From the NCBI GenBank assembly GCA_030390025.1, contig CM059445.1:30008001-30072000 (forward strand): DNA of 64,000 nt. The letters are read 5' to 3'. This DNA comes from Squalus acanthias (Eukaryota). The position numbers were made by a program, and so were the translations under genes. The notes under the pieces are model-generated. The model saw only the letters and a program-made list of their open reading frames with translations. It made no database searches and was not told the origin of the DNA. Below are positions 38,301 through 50,300 of the stretch, piece by piece; position 1 is the stretch's first letter, and the number at the start of each line of letters is the position of its first letter.

Positions 38301-41300
38301 ATCCCTTCCGGTTCTGGTACATGGCAGTGATGACATGCAGCGCATGCAAAACAATGTGCGTGCAGTCAGTGGCACCCTGCACCATGGGGAAGCCTGCAAA
38401 CCATACAAACACTTGTGCTTGCTCATCCCGCGTCTCTCTGGCAAGAGGGAAGGAAATGAAGTTATCTCTCTTAGAATAGAGAGCCCCAGTGACCTCCCTT
38501 ATGTAACAGTGCACTGCAAACTGCGAGATGTTGCTAATATCTCCAGCTCCAGCCTGGAAAGAGCCAGAGGCATAAAAGTTCATCACCGCGGTCACCTTCA
38601 CAGCCACTGGCAATGCGGTCCTTGCCCTGCTCTCAGGTTGCAGTTGTGGCTGCAGCAGGTGGCAGATTTCACCGGCGACCTCCTTAGTGAAGCGCAAACA
38701 TCTCAAACATTGGTCGTCGCTGAGGTTCAGGTAGGAGAATTGCTCCCTGAACACCCTGGGTGGATATGGCCTCCTGCTGAGAGCCCTTCTCCACCTCCTC
38801 CTCCTCCCTCTTCTAGCAGCTTGTCCTGCTCTGCGTGGCCTCTGCTCATTCTCCCAGTTATGCTCGATTTGAAGAGGAAGGCCAATGAGTGCACTCATGT
38901 CTGGGAGCAACTGGTCTGTGCAGAAACCTTGAAGTCAGCAAAAAGTACTTCAACACCTCCTACACCACTCCCTGTAGAATTTTGAAACTTGAAACAACTA
39001 TGGAAAGCACCAAAAACATGTAGAATGTAGCAACAGCCAGAAGAAATCAACCAGCAACTAACCTGTAAGTAATTGATAATCCCTTTAAATAGCACTGGTG
39101 GGGGGTCCTTCCTGCTGCTTAACGTCGTGTTCAGCTGTGCGAGCTTAAGACAGGGCATTGGCTGGAGCGTGGCACTCCAAAATGGCAGTGCTGGCGTCCA
39201 ATCAGCATTGCACGCTGATTGGCGTCATGATCTGCCTGGTCTGCATACTTCCAGCGGACGTTAAGTGCACTTGCGCGCTAACCGCTTTACCAATATGGCG
39301 TTCTGCACGCTTTGCATCAGAAGTGTGTGCGCACGCCGCAGACGCCATTTAGGAACCCTAAGGGGACTTGTAACGCCCCCAAAAAAAACAATTTCTTCCC
39401 CCCACCCATTGTTGGGTTTTGATAGAGCATGTAGGGAGGAACTGTTTCCTCTGGTTGGTTGGTCGGTGACCAGAAGTCACAGATTTAAAATAATTGACTA
39501 AAGAACTAGAGGGGAAATAAGGAGAATTTTTTTCACACAGAACGTTGTTATGATCTGAAATGCACTACCTGACAGGGTGGTGGGATTAGATTCCATAGGA
39601 ACTTTCAACAGGTAATTGGACATGTATTTGAAGAGAATTAATTTGCAGGGTTATGCGGCAAAAGCTGGGACTAAACTGGAGAGCTCTTTCAAAGAGCCGG
39701 CACAGGCATGATGGGCCAAATGGCCTCCTTCTATGCTGTAAGATTCTGATCTCGATTCTATGATTCTAGGTCAGAGAGTGGATGGTGGAGTGGGTTTGGT
39801 GCTGGCCTTTTTCCTCTGGCACTTGGGTTCAATTCCAGCCAGGAATGATGAGACCCAGGGCTGGATTTTACCTGCCGAGACGAGTTGGGGGCGGGACTGC
39901 TGCCTTCCGGGTTCTAGTCCCGCCCCCAGCGACGTCCGATGCACAGACGCTATTTTCCTCTGATTGGCCTTGTTAAGCCCGCCCTGTGGGCTTGCTGGCC
40001 AATTAAGGGAAAGCCAGTGTCAGATGACGTCAGTTGATGACGCTTCATCTGCCGGCTTTCTGAAAGTGACATGAACCCTTTATTTTTGACAGATGATTTG
40101 TCAGGGTTTGACAGCATTGAGGTGCTGTCAAACACTGACAATCACTGTACAAAGGTGAGCCCTTTCACCCAGGCTTTCCAGTGATTCCCTCCTTAGGATA
40201 AAACAGATGGCAGCTGCAGGTGAGAGTACAGAAGCGATCTGTCACTTCTCCCAATGAGGTGAGGCCACACAAACACTTCAAAGCTTGTCACCTACAGAAA
40301 AATCTAAACACATTAAAAATGACTTTCCCAACATTTCCTTACCTCTGATACTCACCAGTGTCCCATTGCATCCTTCACACCATTCTGCAGCTGTCATCTA
40401 TACACCAACATAACAACAGACCCACAGCACGCCTCTCTTACCCTGGCGGGGTTCCCCAATGTCAGGAAGCCCGCAGCAGAAGTCTCAAAATGGGAAAAAG
40501 CCTCTTAACTGCCTGTTAACTACCTGTTAACAAGCAGTTAAGTGGCTATAATCCTCTTCCCACCGCTAGGAGTCGGGTCCCTGTGCAAATTGGGTACCCA
40601 ACTCCCGGGAAGATTGGTTGGAGGCGGGTTGGGAGCGGGTTCAGGACCCGCTCCCATTTTTTTTGGTTTTCCTAGCAGTCCCGCCTCCAGACCTACCTCC
40701 TCAGTGCTTGTAAAATCCAGCCCAAAGGTTTTGTTTATCTCTTGGCTGCAAGGGTCCTATGTGAAATGAGTTTGACCAGTGATAATCAGCTCTTAGCCGG
40801 GTTAGGCCCACATCACAAAACGAGTAACAATTAGGAACCTTAGGGAGGCTGCAGAATGACTGATGTGGGAAATGCAAAAATGTCACTTTGGTACAGTAGG
40901 GGGTGCCTACTACGGTTAAGGCATTGTTTGATGGAGTTTAACTCTGCATCTGACTCAGACTGAACTTGACCTGGCGGGTGCGTGATGGCATAGTGTAGAA
41001 TGAGTTTTATTCTGTAACTGCCCCATGCTGAACCTGACCTGGGCATTCTTAATCCTGGCACTGGGCGACCAATGATGCCACCCTTGCACAATGCCATCGG
41101 TGTTGGTGCTGTTCAGGTGTTCTGTGTGCCTGAGCAAGAATGAGCTGACCTCAGCCAAGAACACAAGTTTGGCTCAATAGAATATTTTTGTGATGCTCTG
41201 GGTCACAGCTGATACTGTCGGTAGTCCTTAGGTAGCCAGCAGACCTTCCCCCAGCATGCCTAGCATTTCATGAGCGATATACCCAGAGCATCATGGGGAG

Positions 41301-44300
41301 GCCCTATATTTTAAATATTTTTCAACAGCACAAAAAGCCTTGGACACAGCTTGTACGCAGCTTTAGTGTCCTCTGCACCAGTCATCAGCAATGGGACACA
41401 CTGGGTACCGTGGGGGTGTTACAGGGCTCAGATCTCCACAGCTAATTGTCGAGGGAAAAGATTATCACCTCGTGCACTCCATAATGCACTACCGAGCCCT
41501 GGGTGTCTGCAATGGAAAGGGTTCCATTCCCAAACACTAACGTCACTCATTTTGAGTAGCACACAATATTCACCCGGAAAACGTTAAAAAATGGATGTGA
41601 AGTGTAAAGGAGCAGTGGGTGAGATCTGATACAGCGTCAAGTGCCTTACCGAAATGTGCCGTATTTCTGACTTGGAGCGAGGCATCGGGACTGCTCTGAC
41701 ATAACAAGACACAGCCCTTCTCCTTTTTTGGAAACGTACGGGGATAAAACTCTCCTCCTGAAACAAAAGTCCCACAATTAGTGATCAGCAGTTTATCAGA
41801 ACCTTACTGTCCTCTGGCCTCAAGCTCAGTCTGTGCGAGACAGAAAGCGATACACAGGGAGGCTGAGTAAATACTTTGCTGATACAATTTCAGATGCTTT
41901 ATTGGACCATTTTCTCTCTTAACAGCTGAAGAGCAGGTCTCGTTAGTGGACCTTTTCCTCAATGATTCACAAGCTGTGCCTTTTGCAGTTATCTGCTCTT
42001 GCACAGCTGTCAAGAATGAACAATTTATATTTATATCTCGTACTCCTCAGACCGCAGTGGGGAGAGGCGGATGCAGAACATGAAGTGAAGGAATTTAAGA
42101 GGGAGCAGAGATCAAAAGTGTGGCTGAAGATGCAACTTTTTAGAAATCTATTGAAAGGAGCCAGAGAGGAAGCAATGCAAATTTTGGAATAGAATTTTAG
42201 ATGGCAGGGGTGTAACGGCTTAGAAATTGGCCTCCGATTGTTCAGTGGAGTGAGGGATGGACAAGTAGTACTCTGGATTCCGGAGTCTGGGATCAGAGGC
42301 AAGGTGAGTTACGGCTGCAATGTATGTCTGCAGAAGATTCCCAGAATAGGATGAGACAAGGCCATGTAGAGGTCTGAAAATGAGGACACAGATCCTGAAG
42401 TTGAGTTGTTAGGGCACAGGTAGCCAGTGGAGCTGTATGAGAACAGGAGCACAAAAGCAAAATACTGCGGATGCTGGAAATCTGAAATAAAAACAGAAAA
42501 TGCTGGAAATACTCAGCAGGTCAGGCAGCATCTGCGGAGAGAGAGACAGAGTTAATGTTTCAGGTCGATGACCCTTCGTCAGAACAGGAGCATCTGAAAT
42601 CAATCCTCCAGGTGGTGAAGGCATGATAAGGGGTTCAGAAACTGAGCAGTTGTGACGCACAACATTCCTGATGTGGAAGGAGGCAGTCTTAGCAATAGGT
42701 CGGATTGGGGTAGAAAACTCAGCTCAAGGTTGGACAGAATGCTGAGATTGTGCATCAACTGGCTCAGTCTGAGAAACCAACCAAAGACATTGATGGAATC
42801 AGCAGCAGAGACACGAGGAGAACCAAAAAGGATGGTTTCAGTTTTGTTGATATTGAGCTGCAGGAAGACATGTTTCATCCAGGACGTGATGTCAGACAGG
42901 TAGTCAGATAGTACAGCAACAGCTCTAGAATCAGGGAAGTGTAAGTGTTGGACGTCATTGGTTTACATGCTTGTAAATTATGTCGTCAAGGGGTACTAAA
43001 GGTGGTGACCAAGGTTCGCTCTGGCTCTGACCAGAGATAATATTGTGGGCACAGGAACTGAAGCAATTTGAACAGATATAATGACTGTTGGGATAGGTAG
43101 GATTGGAACCGTGAGGGAGAGATGTCATAAAGATGGGTCATGCTGGAGATGCAGTGGAGAAGAATGCATTGCTCAACAGTACTGAAGATTGTGGAGAGGT
43201 TAAGGAGGAGGAGAAGAGGGACAACAAGACACAATAACAGTCACAGAGAACGTGCTTGGTAAATGTATTGCTAAGTGGTAGCAGCAACTTCAAGGATCTT
43301 GAACAGAAAGGATAGGTTGGAGATAGGGAAGTAGTTTTAAAGGACAGAGGGTTTGGGAATGGGGTGTATAAGGAAGGGGAGGTGATTGCGATTTTAAAAA
43401 GTGATTGGAGAAAGGGAAAGAGAGAACAAAAGAAATCGTTTCCAAGACTGTCACTGACCTCATCTCCTCTGAAGATCTTCCCTCCACGGCCGCCAACCTC
43501 ATAGTTCCCCAACCCTGCACAGCCCGCTTCTACCTCCTTCCCAAGATCCACAAACAGGACTGCCCTGGTAAACCCATCGTTTCAGCCTGTTCTTACCCCA
43601 GGGAACTGATTTCTTCCTATCTCGACTCTATTTTTTCTCCCCTTGTCCAGTCCCTTCCCACCTACATCCGCGACTCTTCTGACGCCTTCCGCCACTTTAT
43701 CAGTTTCCAGTTTCCTGGCCCCAACCGTCTCCTTTTCACTTCGGACGTCCAATACCTCTACACCTCCATCCCCCACCAGGATGGCCTGAGGGCGCTCCGC
43801 TTCTTCCTTGAACAGAGGTTCAACCAGTCCCCATCAACCACCACCCTCCTCCGCCTGGCTGAACTTATTTTCAAATTGAACAATTTCTCCTTTGACTCCA
43901 CTCACTTCCTCCAAATTAAAAGTGTTGCTATGGGAACCCGCATGGGTCCTAGCTATGCCTGCCTTTTCATGGGGTATGTGGAGCATTCTTTGTTCCAGTC
44001 CTACTCAGGCCCCTTCCCTCACCTCTTTTTCCTGTATCAGTGCCGTTTCCTGCTCTCGCCCTGAACTAGAAAATTTCATTCACATTGCTTCCAATTTCCA
44101 CCCTTCCCTCACCTTCACATGGTCCCTCTCCGACTCTTCCCTTCCCTTCCTCGACTTCTCTGTCCCCATTTCTGGGGACAGGCTATCAACAAACATCCAC
44201 TATAAGCCCACTGACTCCCACAGCTACCTGGACTACACTTCCTCCCACCCGGCTTCCTGTAAGGACTCTATTCCATTCTCCCAGTTTCTCCATCTCCACT

Positions 44301-47300
44301 GCATCTGTTCTGACGATGCCACCTTCCATACTAGTTCTTCCGATATGTTTTCCTTTTTCCTCAACCGAGGATTCCCCTCGACCATGTCCGTTCCATTTCC
44401 CACACTTCTGCTCTCACCCCTTCCCCTCCCTCCTGGAAATGATAGGGTTCCCCTTGTCCTCACCTTTCACCCCACCAGCCTCCACATTCAACGGATCATC
44501 CTTCGCCATTTCCGCCACCTCCAACGTGATCCCACCACCAAACACATCTTCCCCTCCCCTCTCCTTTCAGCATTCTGAAGGGACCGCTCCCTCCGCGACA
44601 CCCTGGCCCACTCCTCAATCACCCCCAACACCCACTCCCCTTCCCATGGCACCTTCCTGAGCAAGCACAGGAGATGCAACACCCGCCCTTTTACCTCCTC
44701 CCTTCCCACTGTCCAGGGCCCCAAACACTCCTTCCAGGTGAAACAGCGATTTACTTGTACTTCTTGCAATTTAGTATACTGTATTCGCTGCTCACGATGC
44801 GGTCTCCTCTCCACTGGGGAGACCAAACGCAGATTGGGTGACCGCTTTGTGGAACACCTCCATTCAGTCCATAAGCGTGACCCCGAACTTCTGGTCGCCT
44901 GTCACTTTAATTCTCCGCTCCACTCCCACTCTGACCTCTCCGTCCTCGGCCTCTTACACTGTTCCAATGAAGCTCAACGTAAGCTCGAGGGACAGCACCT
45001 CATCTTTCAATTAGGCACTTTACAGCCTTCTGGACTCAATATTGAGTTCAACAATTTAAGTCCATAACCTCTGCTGCTATTTTTTTAGATAGCAGCTGTT
45101 GATGATTATGCCATTCCCATTTACACCTTTTCTGGACCCATCTTTTGTTTCTTTACTTGTCCCATTATCATCTCCTTTTGCTTTGTACTATCATACCTTT
45201 TGTCAATTAATCACTCCTGCCTTCCACACTTTCACAGACCTTCCCTTTTGTTCTTTCCTCCCCTCCCCCCTCTCCCTGCCTCTGCACTTGCTTAAAACCT
45301 GTTACATCTCTAACTTTTTCCAGTTCTGACGAAAGGTCATCGACCTGAAACGTTAACTCTGTTTCTCTCTCCACAGATGCTGCCTGACCTGCTGAGTATT
45401 TCCAGCATTGTCTGTTTTCACTATAAAAGAAAGGGAAGCTGGGTGGTCATGAGATGGGTTGAAAGGCGGTCAAGGGAGCAGGTGGTGGGCTACATGGAAG
45501 AAAGTAGTTTAATGAGGGCTGCAAGTGGAGATGAGAAGCTGCAGAATATAGGGGGGGGGGGGGGGTGGATGGATTAGGAGGGGGGTAAGAAAGATTGGAC
45601 TGGTGGAAAAGAAAGGTGCAAAGAGGGCAGAGATGACCAAGGAAATTGACTTGATTTTGCAGACAATAACCTTCATATGCTCCTCACATCTCGAATTAGA
45701 GCTGAGAATAGATTTAGCTATAGATAGGCAGAGGCAATAATCGTTGAGGTCTTCAACAGAGATCCACCCAGATGACCATGATCTGCACTATACTCTGGCC
45801 TATGATGTGGCTGGTGTGACCAGGGTGAGCACTGCGGGTGAGAGACCATCAAAGGAAATAAGAGTGAGTATATGAGAATAGATTAGCGGGTAACATAAAA
45901 GCGAACAAAAAGTCTTTTATAAGCATATAGGTAGTAAAAGGGTAGTCAAAGGAAGGATGGGGCTGATTAGGGACCAAAAAGGAGATCTGCTTGTGGAGGC
46001 AGAGAGCATGGCTGAGCTACTAACTAAGTAACTTGCATCTGTTTTCACTAAAGAAGAGGATGCTGCCAATGTCATAGTAAAGGAGGAAGTAGTAGAGATA
46101 CTGGATGGGGTAAAAATAGATAGATAGGAGGTACTTAAAAGGTTGGCAGTGCTCAAATGATAAAAGTCACCTGGCCCGGATGGGATGCATCCTAGGTTTC
46201 TGAGGAAAGTAAGCGTGGAAATTGCAGAGGCCACAATCTTCCAATCCTCCTTGGATATGGGAGCAATGCCAGAGGACTGGAGGTTTGCAACTGCTACACC
46301 CCTGTTCAAAAAAGGGGAGAGGGATAAACCCGGCAACTATAGGCCAGTCAGCCTAACTATTAGAGACAATAATCCGAGTCAAAATTAATTGTCACTTGGA
46401 AAAAATATGGATTAATAAATGACAGCCAGCATGGATTTGTTAAAGGTAAATCGTGTTTGACTAACTTGATTGAGTTCTTTGATGAAGGAACGGAGAGGGT
46501 TGATGAGGGTAGTGCGGTTGCTGTTGTGTATATGGACTTTCAAAAGGTGTTTGATAAAGTATCACATAATAAACTTGTTAGCAAAATTGAAGCCCATGGG
46601 ATTAAAGGAGCAGTGGCTGTCTGGATACGAAATTAGCTAAGGACAGAAAGCAGAGAGTAGTGGTGAACAGTTGTTTTTCAGACTGGAGGAAACTATACAG
46701 TGGTGTCCCTCAGAGGTCGGTATTAGGACCACTGTTCTTTTTGATATATGTTAATGACCTGGACTTGGGTATAAAGGACATCATTTCAAAGTTTGATGGT
46801 GATACTAAACTCAGAAATATAGTAAACAGTGGGGAGGAAAGTAATAAACTTCAGGAGTACATAGCAGACTGGTGAAATGGGCAGACACATGGCAGATGAA
46901 ATTTAACGGAGGGAAGTGTGAATTGATTCATTTTGGTAGGAAGAATGGGGAGAGGCAATATAAACTAAATGGTACAATGTTAAAGGGGGTGCAGGAACAG
47001 AGAGACCTGGGGGTGTATATACACCAATCTTTGAAGGTGGCAGGACAAGTTGAGAAGGCTGTTAAAAAGATGTACGAGATCCTTGGCTTTACAAATAGAG
47101 GCACAGAGTACAAAAACAAGGAAGTTATGCTAAACCTTTATAAATCACTGGTTAGACCTCAGCTGAGGCTTTGTGGTCAATTTTAAGCACCACACTTTAG
47201 GAAGACTGTCAAGGCCTTAGCGAGTTTGAAGAGTATATTTACTAGAATGCTACCAGGGATGCGGGACTTCAGTTGTGTGGAGAGACTGGAGAAGCTGGGA

Positions 47301-50300
47301 TTGTGCTCCTTAGAGGAGAGAAGGTTAAGAGGAGATTTGATAGAGTTGTTCAAAATTATGAAGGGTTTTGATAGAGTAGATAAGGAGAAACTGTTTGCAG
47401 GAGCAGAAGAGTCAATAACCAGAGGACACAGATTTAAGGTAATTGGCAAAAGAATCAGGGGGGAGATGAGGAGACATTTTTTTGAGCAGCAAGTTGTTGT
47501 GATCTGGAATGCACTGCCTGAAAGGGCGGTGGAAGCAGATCCAATAGTAACTTTCAAATGGGAATTGCATAAAAACTGGAAGGTGAAAATTTGCAGGGCT
47601 GTGGGGAAAGAGCAGGGAAATGGAACTAATTGGAAAAGCTCTTTCAAAGAGCCGGCACAGGCATGGTGGGCTGAATGGCCTCCTTCTGTGCTGTATCGTT
47701 CTATGATTCTTTTATGATCTTGTGGGGACATTAGCAACAAATATGCTGGTACGGTAGTTGTCAGCAGATTGATGGCAGCACCAATGTCAGTATAGGTGGA
47801 AGTCCAGAGGATTTGGAAAGGGCGCTGATGAAGGATTTAGGGAATTTATTTTCAGGTGTAATAGGAAAGGATGAAGGGGTTAGAGGTGAACAGGAAGATG
47901 TGTCTGGTGATAGGGATGAAGAAGTGAAGTTTTGAGCGTGCATGGATATGAGTGGGAGAGTGTATGTTCAGGGAAGAAAAGAGGGTGTAGAAATGGGAGG
48001 AGACAGGAAAGGCTAAATTCAGGGGCAGAATAAAGATGCTCAGAATGATGAGAGAGAACAGAGGACAAAGGAGGAGATTTCAGAAAGGAAGGCACCAGAG
48101 TGGCTTTGGGAGATGAGATCCTGAAGGAAATGTGAGAAAGAACGGAGAGAATGAGATGTTTAAATGAAGAAAAAATGCTACAGGACCATAGGAATAATCC
48201 ATTATGAGACCTTGAGATGAATGTCACATGAGGCGCGAGTTGGCTAGGATGGATTGGGGAGCGTTACTTAAAGGGTTGACGGTAGATAGGCAATGGCAAA
48301 CATTTAAAGATCACATGGATGAACTACAGAATTTGTTCATCCCTGTTTGGCATAAAAATAAAACAAAAAAGGTGACTCAACCGTGGCTAACAAGGGAAAT
48401 TAGGGATAGCATAAGATCCAAGGAGAGGACATATAAATTGGCCAGAAAAAGCAGCAAACCTGAGGATTGGGAGCAGTTTAGGATTCAGCAAAGGAGGACA
48501 AAGGGATTAATTAAGAGGGGGAAAACAGAATATGAGAGTAAGCTTGCAGGGAACATAAAAACTGACTGTAAAAGCTTCTATAGATATGTGAAGATAGGTC
48601 CCTTGCAGTCAGAATCAGGGGAATTTATAATGGTGAACAAAGAAATGGCAGACCAATTAAATACATAACATAGCAAAATACTGCGGATGCTGGAAATCCG
48701 AAATAACAACAGAAAACACTGGAAAAACTCAGCAGGCCAGACAACATCCGTGGAGAGAGAAAGAGAGTTAACGTTTCAGGTCGAAACCCTTCGTCGGAAC
48801 TGAAAGAGCAGGAAATAAACAGATAAAAATGCAAGGGGGAGGCTGGGGGGAGGAATAAAAGAACAAAAGGGGCGGTCTATAGTAAGTAGAGACATTGAGA
48901 GATGCTCAAGGCAAGACGAGATGGTAATGGGACAGGTTGAGAAACAAAAGGTAAGGTGTGAAATTCTGGCAGAATGAGAGACAGCTGCCGTGGGGGGAGA
49001 GAGAGAAAAAAAAAGGAAAAAGGCACGGACCAAAAGAGTGGATAAAATGTATACATATGTGGTAGGGGCCGGGGTTATGATCTGAAATTGTTGAACTCGA
49101 TATTGAGTCCGGAAGGCTGTAAAGTGCCTAAACGAAAGATGAGGTGCTGTTCCTCGAGCTTACGCTGCGCTTCCGTGGAACAATGCAAGAGGCCGAGGAC
49201 GGTGAGGTCTGAGTGAGCGTGGAGGGGTGAATTAAAATGACAAGCGACCGGAAGCTCGGGGTCACCCTTACGGACTGAACGGAGGTGTTCCGCAAAGCGG
49301 TCACCCAATCTGCGTTTGGTCTCCCCAATGTAGAGGAGACCACATCGTGAGCAGCGAATACAGTATACTAGATTGCAAGAAGTACAAGTAAATCGCTGTT
49401 TCACCTGGAAGGGGTGTTTGGGGCCCTGGAGAGTGGGAAGGGGGGATGTATAAGGGCAGGTGTTGCATCTCCTGCACTTGCACGGGAAGGTGCCGGGTGA
49501 AGGGGAAGGGGTGCTGGGGGTGATAGAGGAGTGACTAGGGTGTCTCGGGGGGAGCAGTCCCTACGGAATCCTGAAAGGGGAGGTGAGGGGAAGATACGTT
49601 TGGTGGTGGGATCACGTTGGAGGTGGCGGAAATGACGGAGGATGATCCGTTGAATGTGGAGGCTGGTGGGGTGAAAGGTGAGGACAAGGGGAACTCTATC
49701 GTGGTTCCGGGAGGGAGGGGCCGGGGTGAGGGCAGAAGTGCGGGAGATGGAACGACACGGTCGAGGGCCGTGTCGACCACGGTAGAGGGGAATCCTCGGT
49801 TGAGGAAAAAGGAAGACATGTCGGAAGCACTGGTATGGAAGGTGGCATCGTCGGAGCAGATGCAGCGGAGACGGAGAAACTGGGAGAAGGGAATAGAGTC
49901 CTTACAGGAGGCGGGGTGGGAGGAAGTGTAGTCCAGGTAGCTGTGGGAGTCAGTGGGCTTGTAGTGAATGTTGGTCAATAACCTATCCCCAGAGATGGAG
50001 ACGGAGAAGTCGAGGAAGGGGAGGGAAGAGTCGGAGATGGACCATGTGAAGGTGAGGGATGGGTGGAAATTGGAGGCAAAGTGAATGAAATTGTCTAGTT
50101 CGGGGCGAGAGCAGGAAACGGCACCGATACAGTCGTCAATGTACCGGAAAAAGAGGTGAGGGAGGGGACCCGAGTAGGACTGGAACAAAGAGTGTTCCAC
50201 ATATCCCACGAAAAGGCAGGCATAGCTAGGACCCATGCGGGTACCCATAGCAACACCTTTGATTTGGAGGAAATGAGTGGAGTCAAAGGAGAAGTCGTTC

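Noticed and set aside
37993-38985. 330-aa plus-strand ORF
   Set aside because: It is the antisense shadow of the Harbinger transposase and has no recognisable motifs.
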